This document shows, piece by piece, positions 1 to 13,507 of a DNA stretch of 64,000 bases. The notes below the pieces were generated by a model, which made no database searches, was not told the origin of the DNA, and worked only from the letters and a program-made list of their open reading frames with translations. The stretch is from Cyanophora paradoxa CCMP329 (taxonomy: Eukaryota; Plantae; Glaucophyta): contig QPMI01000056.1 in NCBI GenBank assembly GCA_004431415.1, positions 434,001-498,000 on the forward strand. Reading direction: 5' to 3'. The translations under genes were made by a program, and so were the position numbers. Positions within the stretch are counted from its first letter, which is position 1. Each line of letters starts with the position of its first letter.

Positions 1-1261
1 CGGCCCTGCGCCCCGCCCCGCTCCGGTCGCTGCAGCTGGAAGACCGCACCATCTTCTCCGCCTTCGTCGCGTCCGCGACGCCGGGGTGCTTTCCGCTCCT
101 CCGCGAGCTGCGCTTCAAAGCCTGCATCTTTGCAGCCGGGAGCGCGGTTCGCTGTCGCCCATCCTTCCGCTCTGGACCTGTCCCGCGTCCGACCCTCCTC
201 TCCCTCCGCAGCAGTCGAGGCTGGTCGAGATCTGGCCCGGCCTGAAGAGGATCGCGTGCACGGTGCAGGACGGGGACGCCCTCCGCGAGCTCGCCAAGCT
301 CCCGCTGGAGGAGCTGCGGGTCCACGTGGACTGGATGGACGGCCTCGAGGAGGCGCTGGAGGCGCTGGACGCGGACTGCGTGCGGGAGCTGCACCTGCCG
401 GGTCGGCTCGCCGTCGGCCCGCGCCTCCTCGCCTCGCTCCTCCGCCTCCGCAACCTCGAGGAGCTCACCGCGTCGGTGCCGCCCTTCCATCTATCAGATC
501 AGATCAGATCTGACCCGTTCGCCCGCAGGTCGACCGGACGTCCGGCGACGCCCTCGCGGGCCTCGGCGCCCTCCAGAAGCTCCGCTCCCTCACTCTCCAC
601 CTGAACGTGCGCGCGCCCTTCTAGATCCAGACCTGTACCCCGGCCCTGACTCGCTTCTCCACAGCTCTTCGACGCCCCCTCCGGGGGCGAGGGCGTGCTG
701 CGGGCCGCGGCGGCGGGCCTCTCGTACGCCCCGCGCCTGGGCTCTCTATCCCTCAAGATCGACTGCGACAGCGTCTCGGCGACGGACCCGGGCTGCCTGG
801 CGTCCCTGCTCCGCGCCGCCCGGCCGTGCCTAAGGGAGCTCGAGGTCCACGACGTACCCGTCGCCGCCGAATTCATGCGGGTCCGCTCCGCTCCGCTCAG
901 ATATGATCTGATCTGATCCGATCCGATCCGATCCGATTCGTGTACCCCCTCCCAGGAGGTCGCGCGGGCGGGCCCCAAGCTCAAGTACGTCTTCCTCTTC
1001 CACGACTTCGCGGGGGGGGAGGCAGGCGCCAGGGAGCTCTCGGCCTTCAAAGAGCTTCTGCTAACTGCGTACCCCGACGTCGACGTGGGCCGCCCCGAAG
1101 ACTTCCGCGTGAACGTGGATCTGGACGTGCCGGACGCCTCCCTGGAGGCCGCCCTCGCGCTCTTCCGGGGCTGGCTCCGGCTCGCGGTCGGCAGGGCCCC
1201 GCGGCCGGGGCGGCCCCCCGTCCACGTCGAGATCAACGGCGTCGGCGTCGCGCTCTCTTGA
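1..1261 (+). CDS. F-box/LRR-like family gene, copy A (3' part; 5' end outside window), spliced
   Basis: Near-identical to 9701-10963. LRR-like blocks LRELAKLPLEELRV and LLRLRNLEEL; short GT-AG introns; TGA at 1259-1261. Confidence 0.8.
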
Positions 1262-1751
1262 AGTGAATCTGAATTGACCGCGAAGCCCAAGAAGCCTATA
1301 GCCGTGAAGCTATAGCTAATTAAAAACTTGATCGAGATTTGAAGCCCGAAGACATGTACACGTATATAGCGGCCGGCCGCGGCGCGCGCCGGCCGCGCGC
1401 GGCGCCGCGGCCGCCGGGCCGCGGCGCGCGCCAGCCTCCGTCCGACGCTCGCGCGCCCTCTCAAACTGAATTAACTTTTAATTGGAAGTGAAACTGGAGC
1501 CTCGGAGGCAATTGCAACTTGGCAATGGACGTCGCCGCTCCGCGCGCGAGCTGGCCGGCGCCGGCGCCAGCGCTAGCGGCTGGCCAGCGCTTTTTTTCGG
1601 CGAATTTTCGCCAAGAACGGGGTAGAGCTCCATCGAAAGCGTGGTCCCCACATCCCATCGCACGGCGGTCGCAAAGCAGATCGCACCATCGGTACAGCCT
1701 AAGAGAGCAATTCGAAGCAGTCGTGGCCGTCGCAGCGCTTGAAAAATTCAA

Positions 1752-3720
1752 ATGGCCGACAGAGGTTTGAAGCGCGCGCGTGAGGATGACGTCTCGCCCG
1801 TGGAGAGCTCGTTTAGCACAACAGGATCTTCGTCGGCAGCTGCAGCGAAGGCGGACGGGAGCGCCGATGGAGTGAATCATTTCGCGCGGCTGCCGGACGA
1901 GCTGGTGCAACGCATTTTCAGCGAGCTCGAGGCGACGGAGGCGTACGAAACGTGCCAGCTCTGGTCGATGGATCGTCGGTTCCGGCAGATCATGCGGGGC
2001 GTGCACTGGAAGGAGCTGCGGCTCCAGCTTCTCGAGGCGGACACTTTCCTGGATTACACGCAGCGGCACACAAAGCAGCTCGCTCGAGCGACAACTCGCG
2101 TTAAGAGTGGATCGCTGGCGGGCTGTCGGCGGCTCGTCGTCGGCGCAGCTTCCGCTTTCCTCGATTCAACGCGCGAGGATTCGCAGGAGGAGGTGGAGGG
2201 AAGATCGAATCCGTCAACGCTATGACTGGTGCGCTCTCAAGCGCAATCTTCGCGCAGCTGGCCGCCCTGATCGCCGGCTGCGCTTCCTCTTCGCAGACGC
2301 GCTGGCGGCGCTGTCGGCGGCGCCCGTGCCGCTTGAGGACGTGTGCCTCTCAGGCGACTGGAGGGGCTGGACCGTCCCGCGCGAGGAGGACGTCACCGTG
2401 GAGCTTCCGCCCCTGGACGACGTCGCGCGCTCGTTCCTGGCGGCCCTGCGCCCCGCCCCGCTCCGGTCGCTGCAGCTGGACGACAGAGGCCTCTTCTCCG
2501 CCTTCGTCGCGTCCGCGGCGCCGGGGTGCTTCCCGCTCCTCCGCGAGCTACGGGTCGAGCGCGCTTTTCCCATCTCTGCACAGATTGTGGTTCGCGTCCG
2601 CCCGCCACAGCCGAGCGCTGCCGAGTTCGCGCGCTGACTTCCGTCGTCTGTCGCAGTCGAGGCTGGCGGAGGTCTGGCCCTCAGCGACGAAGATCTCGTG
2701 CTGCGTGTCGAACGGCGTGGCGCTCCGGCAGCTGTCGCGGCTCCCGCTGGAGGAGCTCCGGGTCGCCGTCGACGCGAACGAGGGCCTGGAGGGGGCGCTC
2801 GGGGCCATCGACGCCGACTGCGTCCGCTCGCTGCGGCTGGGCCGCACGAACATGGCGGGGCCCGGCGTCCTGGCCTCCATCCCCCGCCTCCGCAACCTTG
2901 AGGAGCTCTGGATCTCGGTTCGCCTTCCTCGCTCAGATCTCATCTGATCTGATCTGATCTGATCTGATCTGATCTGATCTGACTCCTTCCCCCGGCCGCC
3001 AGGTCGACCACAGCTCCGGCGAGGCCCTCGCGGGACTCGGCGCCCTCCCGAAGCTCCGCTCCCTTCATCTCTACCTCCAGGTGCGGCCCCTCGCCCCCAG
3101 CCCGGCGCCCCGCCCCGCGCCGGTGCTCGGCCTGACCCGCCCGCCGCGCAGGTCGCTCAGGCCCGAGACCACGGCGCCGGCCTCATGCAGGCGGCTGCGG
3201 CGTGGCTGGCGGCCGCCCGTCCCTCCAGTCCCTGGATCTGCTGGTAGACGGCCAGCGCTGGTTCGAAGAGCCGGCGGCCCGGGTGCACGTCGCCAGCCTG
3301 GTCGCCCTCCTCCGCGCCGGCCGGTCGGCCCTCCAGAACCTCTCTGTCCACGGCCTCCCCCTCTCAGCCGATGTCTCTCGGGTCCGCCTGCTTTTCGCGC
3401 CGCGTCCCGCCGGCCCGCCCTGACGTGCGCGCGTGTCGCTTCGCGCAGGAGGTGGCCCGGGCTTCCCAGAACTCGAAGCTGAGCGCAGTATCCCTGTTCC
3501 ACGCGGGCCTGAAGAAGAAGGAGGGGTAGAGGCACTTCGCGCCTTCGACGAGCTCTTCCGCATGCCGGAGGGGTACCGCGCCGACCTCCGCGTCGAGGTT
3601 TACGTCACCGTACCCCACTCGCTCTTCGAGCGCGCCATGGGGCACGTCTCCGCCCAGCTCGGGAGGAGGCCCAACCTCCCGCTCTACTTCCGCATTAACG
3701 ACGTGAAAGTCCGCCGCTGA
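1752..3720 (+). CDS. F-box/LRR-like family gene, copy B, spliced
   Basis: F-box motif NHFARLPDELVQRIFSELEATEAYETCQLWSMDRRFRQ, then LRR-like LxxLxL repeats; last exon ends NDVKVRR*. Apparent frameshifts fall in G/C runs and are absent from the duplicate at 11454. Confidence 0.85.
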
Positions 3721-3801
3721 TCGTCGACGCTGTGCTGTAATTCATTCGATGCATTCGATTCCAAAATCTAGAACTCAATCCGCAGAAAGCGATAGCGCTG
3801 C

Positions 3802-4693
3802 CTATCGCTTGGGCTTTGAGGCTGCCGCCCCTCCGGATCCCGCGCCGGCGCCGGCGCCGTCCGCCCCCCGCACGTCGATGCCCAGCGCCGCCGCCCGCTG
3901 CGCCCCAGTCAACAAGCGAAGGCATCATGGCATCGAATTAAGGCCCGTGCGCGGCGCGCCTTTGCGACGGCGCGGGCGGAGGCCAGGTCGCCCCTCTGGA
4001 CGTGCACCGCCGCCAGCGCGCGGAAGGCCTCCGGGCCCCGAACTGCCCGCATCGATATCGATCGGGCCGGGCGGGCTCGACTAGGCGGATCGGACGCGAG
4101 CAAGCGGACCTCTGGGTTAGAGGCGACGCCGGCGTTCTCGAGGGCCGGGAGCAACCGCTGCGCCGAACGCGGTGAGCGGCGAGTGGCGGGCCGGGCCCGG
4201 GAGGGGCGGGTGGGGCAGGGGGGACGCGCCTCGAAGGCTGCACGCGCGTCGTCGAGACGCCCAAGGCAGTGGTAGACCCTCCCCAGGCAGAAGACGAACG
4301 GCAGCGACCTGCCCCGCCCGCTCAGCCGCCTGCAAAGCGACGCGGGCGGCGGGCGGCGGAGGGGCGGACTGCGGATGGCCGTCGCCGACAGAGGCGCAGA
4401 GGGCGCGCTCGGCGGCCTCGAGGCAGGCGACGGCGCGCCGGTCGTCGTGCGCCGGCGACGCCGCGTCGGCGTGCAGCGCGCCAAGCTGCCCCAGCAGCAG
4501 CCCCACCGCCGCGCTCTCCCCCGCCCCGTCCCCCAGCGCCCCCAGTAGGCTCTCCAGCGACCCCTGCCGCCCCCTCGGCGCCGCGCCGCCCCGGGAGGGG
4601 GGTACGGCACCTCCAGGGCGGCCACCGCCGCCTTTGGGTCGCCCCGCGCCGCGAGGGCCGTCTGCGCCGCGTCGGGCGGGGGCGGCGAGGGGT
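3802..4693 (-). pseudogene. TPR gene T1, 3' fragment cut by the tandem-duplication junction
   Basis: Matches the 3' part of 13508-16180; switches to unrelated AT-rich sequence at 4694. Confidence 0.75.
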
Positions 4694-5144
4694 CTTGAAT
4701 CACAAATACCTGTGCTCCATGCAGCTTGCTTTGACCGATTTCGAAATCTCTCTCGTCTGATCGATTGAATAGTTTTTTCTGTGTGCGCTTGGTACGTTTT
4801 TACCATTTTAACCAAACATGACCGTCGGACCCCGAGCCCTGAAGGCTCGTGTGAAATTTTACTTGAATACCTAGTCAGCGTTGCAATTACTGCAGCTGCC
4901 TTAGTACCGTAGTACTGCGAGATCGGGCCATGTTAGCCTTAAGGCTTGTACGTACATGTATTTGCAGAAGGCGTACAGTTCGTCGTACACTGCGTTCAAG
5001 TGCGTTGCATGCGTGCTGATTAATATTGGGCCGGGCCTTTTACGAAAACGGTGGGTTTACAGGTCTTATAACAATCGAACGCTACATAGCCTAGTGGCGA
5101 AGGCCGCGAAACATCGGACACTGTGACAGCGACGTGGGTGCGGA

Positions 5145-8100
5145 CTAGCGGAAGCTCTGCAGGACCGTGACGCGGGGGGAGCTGGCCGGGCGCTTGCTGG
5201 AGGGGGTACCGGCGCCGCCCCCCGCGGCCCCTCCGGAGCCGGGCCCCTTGCGCTTGAAGCCCTGGCCGGGCGCGCGGACCGCGGGGGCGGGTGCCCTCCC
5301 CTGCTCCTCCGGATCGCGCTCGCCCCGAGGGCCGGCAGAGGCTGCGGGCGGCGCGGCCGGCCGCGCTTCGTCGCCCTCGCTCATAGCCGGAGCCGAACGG
5401 GGCGCCAGGGTACCGAGATCCAGGCGCTGGAGGGGTACCCGCATGCGCGGGAAGGGGCTCTGCAGGGAGAGGGCGCGCAGGGTGCGGACGAGGCTGGGAG
5501 ACTGGGGGTACTCGAAAGGCGCGGGGGGTAGGGGCGCCGGCGCCGGCGGGGCAGCGGGGCGCCCGGACGGCTGGCAGACCTGCACGGGGCAGAGGCGGGC
5601 AATTTCGTCCTGCATGGAATTCGAGAGCCAGCGGAGCCTATCGGGGTACGGCGGCGTGAGCTTGGGGGTACGGCATGCAGAGGGGAGGGGAACGTACGAG
5701 GTCATGGTGGCCTCGAGCTCTGAAGAGAGATCGGCGGTTCGGTCGAAGACGTGGGGAAGCGGGGGCTCGGGGGGTAGGCTGAGGGGCCGCATGCGGACAG
5801 CTTCCGGGGGCGGATCGTCGGGCGCCGTACCCCCCCGAGGCGACGGCATACCCGTGTCCAGGAGGGGGACCCAGGGCGGGGGGGACGGGGCGGATTCCCC
5901 GGCCGCCTCGGAATTCCCCTCACACTGACCCTCTCCCTCTTCCTCCTCCTCCTCGAAGGCAGGCTTGAGTGGCGGCGAGGCGCCGGCGGCGGGGCCGACA
6001 CCCAGCGGCGCCGGTCGCTCGACGGTATCCGGGGCGAGATGGCCCAGGGGCCGGCGGAGGGGTCCCGGGGCCGGCGCCGGCGTCTGGGCGGAGGAGGAGG
6101 AGGAGGAGGAAGAGTGGAGGCCTGGGGGCGGGGGCCGCGCCTCTGGCTGGGCGAGGAGGGGCTGGGGGTGGGAGGGGGAGGGGGTGGAGATGGAGAGAAC
6201 CGAGAAGCGCTGGGTGAGGGGTACAGGGGGAGAGAGGCCGGCGGGGAACTCCGCCTCGGATTCGAACCCGGGGTCTTCCTCGGCGGCCTCGTGGGGGGGT
6301 AGGGGTGTGGGGACGTGCGGGGGGGATAGGGGAGAGGCCGGGACCGAGCCGGCCGTCTGGGGGGGTAGGGGCCCAGGCTCGGGCGTCCCGCGAAGTGCGG
6401 CGCCCGGAGACTCCGGCCCCTCCCCCTCTCCGTAGCGGGGGTACGAGGGCGTCTCGGGGACGGAGGCCGCCAGGGGGGGTACGGTGAGCGAGAGGTCGTG
6501 GAGGATGCCGTCCAAGGACGGCTCCTCGCTGTGGTCGTACCCCCCCAGGGCGCTCTCGTCCAGCTCGCTGCCGGTGGAGGGGGGTACCTCGATGATATCC
6601 GCCGGAGGCCGCGGGGCGTCGACGGCAGTCGCGGCCCGGCCGAGGGCCGCCCCGGGTACCACGAGAACCGATCCGTAGAAATCGGAGCCCTGCGGGAGGA
6701 CGGGATTGGAATCGGAGAGGGGAGGGTGGAGAAGAAGGAGAGGGGGGTACGCGCACGTCCGAGCTGCTGATGAGGCTCGTGCGCAGCTCGGGCTCCTGTA
6801 CCCCCGTCTCCTCCCCGACGCGCAGCCGGCGCACCCCGTACAGAAGCTCCCACGCCGTCCTAAAGTCTCCGTCCTCCCCCGCCTCCTCCCCCTCCCCCTC
6901 CGGCTCCTGTACCCCTGGGTCCTCGAAAACCTGTACCCGCTGCAGCGCCTCCACGACCGCAGCCTCCGCCGAGGGACCCGCCCCGCCCGCTGCTGTCCCC
7001 TCTGCTTCGCCCTCCGCCGCCGCCGCCGCCGCCGCCGCCGCCTCGCCGTCCCCCATCTGCTCCTCCCCCTCTTCCTCGTCCTCGTCCTCGTCCTCCTCCT
7101 CTTCATCCTCATCTGAGCCGCTCTCGGTCGTTGGGTCGCCGGGGGCCTTCCACATGAGCTTCACGTCGAGCGTGCGGCCGGCGGGGCCGAAGCGGAGCGG
7201 CCCGCGCCACCTCCGCTCCTCCTCCCGCGCCATCTCGAGGCTGACGGACAGACAGACAGACAGACGCGCGGGCGTGAGAAGACGGCCGAGGAGGAGGCGA
7301 GCGGCGAGAGGCGAGATAACGCAGGGGCGCACCCGACCGCGCGGAGGGAGGGCACGCGGCCGGTCGCGCCCACCGGGCTGCACTGCAGCCCTTTCGCCGG
7401 GAACGCCTTCCAGAGGTCCAGGGTCTGAGGAGCGCGGGCTCGGGGGGTACGCGTGCAGGATTTGAAGGGGGTACACGCACGCCGCCGTCGCCCGAGGTTG
7501 CGAGGAGGGATCCGCACGGGGAGAGCCCGATCTGCGGTGGGTTGCTCAGCACCGCGCCGCCGGCGGAGGCCTCCGGGGGTACGAACTTGAAGGACGCGGG
7601 AGGGGTACCCAGGAAGGTGCCCGAGCCGGATCATGCGCTTCGCGTCCTGCAAAAGAGGTACCCCGGTTGGCTAGCGCCCACCAGGAAGAGGGAATAGGAT
7701 GGTTACCCAGACGAGAGTATTGTTGCCGCCGTACCCCTGGGCCGACACGATGCGATCCGCGTCGGGCCAGAGGAGGCACGTGACCTGAGAACGGAGGGCT
7801 CAAGAGAGGGGGGGAAGAAGTCGGGGGCACACTGCGTTCGCACCTGGGCGCAGACGTCGACGCGGCGGACCTGGGTACCCGTCTGAAGGTCCCAGAAGCG
7901 GAGGGTACGGTCGCCGGTACCCCCGCCGGAGCAGAGGAGGGAGGAGCCGGGGCACGGGGAGAAGGCCAGCCCGCGAATGGCCGCGTTGGAAGGCTCGTGG
8001 CGGAGGCGGTAGAGGCAGGACGAGAGGCGGCGCCCGTCGTAGACGAAAATTGATCCCGAGTTCGTCGAGGCGGCGAGGTACGGATCTTCCGGGTGGAATT

Positions 8101-8984
8101 GAAGGCCGCACACGCGCCCGTCTGCCGGGGGCGCGCGGGTCGCGTCGGGCCGGGCCGGGTCGCGGGCTGCGGGGCGGCGCGGGCGGGTGGCGCCCGCACC
8201 GTGACCGCGAACGCAGAAGCTCGAACGCGCTCCGCCCCGCAGATCAAATCCGCGGACCTGCGCGGGCGCGCGAGCGCGGGTCAGGCGGGCGGGCGCTGGC
8301 GGGGCGGGCGTCCCGGGGGCCGGACGCGCCTCGTGCTGCCCCTCGTCGGTGGAAGCGGCGAGGAAGGCGCCGCTGGATTTCCAGCAGAGAGCGTTCACGC
8401 CGCCCTTCGTCACATAGGAAGTCTGCGCCAAGCACGCGCTGGCGCGGGTGTCCCAGACCGCCAGCTCGCCGCGGTACGACCCGAGCGCGAGGAGCTCCCC
8501 GAGCGGGTGGAAGCGGACGCTCATCGCCTCCGTACGGGCGTGCGTCATGTCCACAGCGGAGAACGCGTCCAGCTCCGTGCACAGGCCGCGCGAGGGGCTG
8601 TACAGCTTGACGCGGTCGTCGGCGAGGGCGATGACGTTCGCGCTGCCCCAGTCCCACTGCGGCAAAGGAGCGCGATTCGTGAGCGTGCTGCGGCGGCTGC
8701 GGCGGCCCTGGAGCGGCCAGTGGTCCGTTGTGACCCGCCCTCACCGGCATTTGGTAGAAGTCGTTGCGGAAGGCATGCTGGATGGATATCGACGGCTTCT
8801 TTGGCAATCGAAACAGAGTGCCGAACGGTTGCTGTGGGCCCTCCGCGGCGGATACCGCCGAGCAGCGCACCCCGGCCTTTCCGACGATTTTGAAGGGCCA
8901 GGCGTGCGCCTGATCTTGAAGATTCACGTCGATGGACCGGATGAAGCGGTCCCGGTCCCTCCGCGCTGGGCCGGGCGGCCGCAT
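5145..8984 (-). CDS. Divergent CDC20/Fizzy/CDH1-family WD40 protein with a long acidic and Pro/Ser-rich C-terminal extension, spliced
   Basis: C-box-like DRDRFIR; NDFYQ...DWGSANVIA; VCGLQFHP; AAIRGLAFSP...LLCSGGGTGDRTLRFWD...VDVCAQV; GYPSRVL...LSPCGSLLATSGDG; TLDLWKAF. These match the Cdc20/Cdh1 propeller motifs in order. Ends VLQSFR*. Confidence 0.8.
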
Positions 8985-9038
8985 TGCTTTGAATTCTCTC
9001 CGGACCCGCGGGTTCGAAGCCCAGGGGGGGCATATAAA

Positions 9039-10963
9039 ATGGACGACCCGGCGGGCCCCGCAGGCCTTGCCAGCCCGTCCCGGCCGCGGATGCAGTCCCT
9101 GCGGTAGCAGCAGCTTCATCGAGCCGCGTTAACCACTTCGCGCGGCTGCCGGACGAGCTGTTGCAGCGCATCTTCAGCGAACTGGAGGCGACGGAGGCGT
9201 ACGAGAAGTGCAGGCTGCTGGCGGTAGATCGGAGGTTCCGGCGGGTCGTCCCGGGTGTGCACTGGCAGCAGCTGCGGCTCGAGCCCTTGAGCCTGGAAAG
9301 GGGCGGGTCTCCGGCGTGCCTGAATGAGTTTAGAGAGCGCCTGGATCGAGCCACGGCACGCGTCAGGAGCGGGAAGCTGGCCGGCTGCAGGCGGCTTGTC
9401 GCCGGTCCCGCGTGCTGCGAGTGCGCGGACAAGAGGGAGCGCGTCGAGGCGAGTTTCGACGCCGCCCGCGCCCTCACAGGTTCGCCGTTGACGGTTCCCT
9501 TCACTCAGGCCGCCCTGACTCGGCGTACGCGTCCCTCTTCCTCTTCGCAGACGCGCTGGCGGCCCTGTCGGCGGCACCCGCGCCGCTGGAGGAAGTGTGC
9601 TTCACGCGGCGCTGGCGGCACTGGCCGCGGGAGGCGAAGCAGCGCGAGCTCGGCATCGCAGCGCCGCGGCCCCTGGACGACGTCGCGCGCTCGTTCCTGG
9701 CGGCCCTGCGCCCCGCCCCGCTCCGGTCGCTGCAGCTGGAAGACCGCACCATCTTCTCCGCCTTCGTCGCGTCCGCGACGCCGGGGTGCTTTCCGCTCCT
9801 CCGCGAGCTGCGCTTCAAAGCCTGCATCTTTGCAGCCGGGAGCGCGGTTCGCTGTCGCCCATCCTTCCGCTCTGGACCTGTCCCGCGTCCGACCCTCCTC
9901 TCCCTCCGCAGCAGTCGAGGCTGGTCGAGATCTGGCCCGGCCTGAAGAGGATCGCGTGCACGGTGCAGGACGGGGACGCCCTCCGCGAGCTCGCCAAGCT
10001 CCCGCTGGAGGAGCTGCGGGTCCACGTGGACTGGATGGACGGCCTCGAGGAGGCGCTGGAGGCGCTGGACGCGGACTGCGTGCGGGAGCTGCACCTGCCG
10101 GGTCGGCTCGCCGTCGGCCCGCGCCTCCTCGCCTCGCTCCTCCGCCTCCGCAACCTCGAGGAGCTCACCGCGTCGGTGCCGCCCTTCCATCTATCAGATC
10201 AGATCAGATCTGACCCGTTCGCCCGCAGGTCGACCGGACGTCCGGCGACGCCCTCGCGGGCCTCGGCGCCCTCCAGAAGCTCCGCTCCCTCACTCTCCAC
10301 CTGAACGTGCGCGCGCCCTTCTAGATCCAGACCTGTACCCCGGCCCTGACTCGCTTCTCCACAGCTCTTCGACGCCCCCTCCGGGGGCGAGGGCGTGCTG
10401 CGGGCCGCGGCGGCGGGCCTCTCGTACGCCCCGCGCCTGGGCTCTCTATCCCTCAAGATCGACTGCGACAGCGTCTCGGCGACGGACCCGGGCTGCCTGG
10501 CGTCCCTGCTCCGCGCCGCCGGCCGTGCCTAAGGGAGCTCGAGGTCCACGACGTACCCGTCGCCGCCGAATTCATGCGGGTCCGCTCCGCTCCGCTCAGA
10601 TATGATCTGATCTGATCCGATCCGATCCGATCCGATTCGTGTACCCCCTCCCAGGAGGTCGCGCGGGCGGGCCCCAAGCTCAAGTACGTCTTCCTCTTCC
10701 ACGACTTCGCGGGGGGGGAGGCAGGCGCCAGGGAGCTCTCGGCCTTCAAAGAGCTTCTGCTAACTGCGTACCCCGACGTCGACGTGGGCCGCCCCGAAGA
10801 CTTCCGCGTGAACGTGGATCTGGACGTGCCGGACGCCTCCCTGGAGGCCGCCCTCGCGCTCTTCCGGGGCTGGCTCCGGCTCGCGGTCGGCAGGGGCCCC
10901 GCGGCCGGGGGCGGCCCCCCCGTCCACGTCGAGATCAACGGCGTCGGCGTCGCGCTCTCTTGA
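9039..10963 (+). CDS. F-box/LRR-like family gene, copy A', spliced
   Basis: NHFARLPDELLQRIFSELEATEAYEKC. The ATG at 9039 needs a 1-nt indel to join the F-box frame, so the start is uncertain. TGA at 10961-10963. Confidence 0.75.
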
Positions 10964-11453
10964 AGTGAATCTGAATTGACCGCGAAGCCCAAGAAGCCTA
11001 TAGCCGTGAAGCTATAGCTAATTAAAAACTTGATCGAGATTTGAAGCCCGAAGACATGTACACGTATATAGCGGCCGGCCGCGGCGCGCGCCGGCCGCGC
11101 GCGGCGCCGCGGCCGCCGGGCCGCGGCGCGCGCCAGCCTCCGTCCGACGCTCGCGCGCCCTCTCAAACTGAATTAACTTTTAATTGGAAGTGAAACTGGA
11201 GCCTCGGAGGCAATTGCAACTTGGCAATGGACGTCGCCGCTCCGCGCGCGAGCTGGCCGGCGCCGGCGCCAGCGCTAGCGGCTGGCCAGCGCTTTTTTTC
11301 GGCGAATTTTCGCCAAGAACGGGGTAGAGCTCCATCGAAAGCGTGGTCCCCACATCCCATCGCACGGCGGTCGCAAAGCAGATCGCACCATCGGTACAGC
11401 CTAAGAGAGCAATTCGAAGCAGTCGTGGCCGTCGCAGCGCTTGAAAAATTCAA

Positions 11454-13426
11454 ATGGCCGACAGAGGTTTGAAGCGCGCGCGTGAGGATGACGTCTCGCC
11501 CGTGGAGAGCTCGTTTAGCACAACAGGATCTTCGTCGGCAGCTGCAGCGAAGGCGGACGGGAGCGCCGATGGAGTGAATCATTTCGCGCGGCTGCCGGAC
11601 GAGCTGGTGCAACGCATTTTCAGCGAGCTCGAGGCGACGGAGGCGTACGAAACGTGCCAGCTCTGGTCGATGGATCGTCGGTTCCGGCAGATCATGCGGG
11701 GCGTGCACTGGAAGGAGCTGCGGCTCCAGCTTCTCGAGGCGGACACTTTCCTGGATTACACGCAGCGGCACACAAAGCAGCTCGCTCGAGCGACAACTCG
11801 CGTTAAGAGTGGATCGCTGGCGGGCTGTCGGCGGCTCGTCGTCGGCGCAGCTTCCGCTTTCCTCGATTCAACGCGCGAGGATTCGCAGGAGGAGGTGGAG
11901 GGGAAGATCGAATCCGTCAACGCTATGACTGGTGCGCTCTCAAGCGCAATCTTCGCGCAGCTGGCCGCCCTGATCGCCGGCTGCGCTTCCTCTTCGCAGA
12001 CGCGCTGGCGGCGCTGTCGGCGGCGCCCGTGCCGCTTGAGGACGTGTGCCTCTCAGGCGACTGGAGGGGCTGGACCGTCCCGCGCGAGGAGGACGTCACC
12101 GTGGAGCTTCCGCCCCTGGACGACGTCGCGCGCTCGTTCCTGGCGGCCCTGCGCCCCGCCCCGCTCCGGTCGCTGCAGCTGGACGACAGAGGCCTCTTCT
12201 CCGCCTTCGTCGCGTCCGCGGCGCCGGGGTGCTTCCCGCTCCTCCGCGAGCTACGGGTCGAGCGCGCTTTTCCCATCTCTGCACAGATTGTGGTTCGCGT
12301 CCGCCCGCCACAGCCGAGCGCTGCCGAGTTCGCGCGCTGACTTCCGTCGTCTGTCGCAGTCGAGGCTGGCGGAGGTCTGGCCCTCAGCGACGAAGATCTC
12401 GTGCTGCGTGTCGAACGGCGTGGCGCTCCGGCAGCTGTCGCGGCTCCCGCTGGAGGAGCTCCGGGTCGCCGTCGACGCGAACGAGGGCCTGGAGGGGGCG
12501 CTCGGGGCCATCGACGCCGACTGCGTCCGCTCGCTGCGGCTGGGCCGCACGAACATGGCGGGGCCCGGCGTCCTGGCCTCCATCCCCCGCCTCCGCAACC
12601 TTGAGGAGCTCTGGATCTCGGTTCGCCTTCCTCGCTCAGATCTCATCTGATCTGATCTGATCTGATCTGATCTGATCTGATCTGACTCCTTCCCCCCGGC
12701 CGCCAGGTCGACCACAGCTCCGGCGAGGCCCTCGCGGGACTCGGCGCCCTCCCGAAGCTCCGCTCCCTTCATCTCTACCTCCAGGTGCGGCCCCTCGCCC
12801 CCAGCCCGGCGCCCCGCCCCGCGCCGGTGCTCGGCCTGACCCGCCCGCCGCGCAGGTCGCTCAGGCCCGAGACCACGGCGCCGGCCTCATGCAGGCGGCT
12901 GCGGCGTGGCTGGCGGCCGCCCCGTCCCTCCAGTCCCTGGATCTGCTGGTAGACGGCCAGCGCTGGTTCGAAGAGCCGGCGGCCCGGGTGCACGTCGCCA
13001 GCCTGGTCGCCCTCCTCCGCGCCGGCCGGTCGGCCCTCCAGAACCTCTCTGTCCACGGCCTCCCCCTCTCAGCCGATGTCTCTCGGGTCCGCCTGCTTTT
13101 CGCGCCGCGTCCCGCCGGCCCGCCCTGACGTGCGCGCGTGTCGCTTCGCGCAGGAGGTGGCCCGGGCTTCCCAGAACTCGAAGCTGAGCGCAGTATCCCT
13201 GTTCCACGCGGGCCTGAAGAAGAAGGAGGGGGTAGAGGCACTTCGCGCCTTCGACGAGCTCTTCCGCATGCCGGAGGGGTACCGCGCCGACCTCCGCGTC
13301 GAGGTTTACGTCACCGTACCCCACTCGCTCTTCGAGCGCGCCATGGGGCACGTCTCCGCCCAGCTCGGGAGGAGGCCCAACCTCCCGCTCTACTTCCGCA
13401 TTAACGACGTGAAAGTCCGCCGCTGA
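11454..13426 (+). CDS. F-box/LRR-like family gene, copy B', spliced
   Basis: Duplicate of 1752-3720 with the G/C-run frameshifts absent. Confidence 0.85.
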
Positions 13427-13507
13427 TCGTCGACGCTGTGCTGTAATTCATTCGATGCATTCGATTCCAAAATCTAGAACTCAATCCGCAGAAAGCGATA
13501 GCGCTGC

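Noticed and set aside
3787-3810. 9-bp hairpin AAGCGATAG/CTATCGCTT between convergent genes as a terminator
   Set aside because: Eukaryotic context, short stem, and short palindromes are common throughout this DNA.
2190-13235. Frameshifts suggesting F-box copies B and A' are pseudogenes or use programmed frameshifting
   Set aside because: They are 1-nt differences in G/C runs between otherwise identical duplicates (e.g. ~2198 vs ~11900, ~3525 vs ~13229), typical of long-read error. The same pattern appears in the SOUL and FKBP genes.
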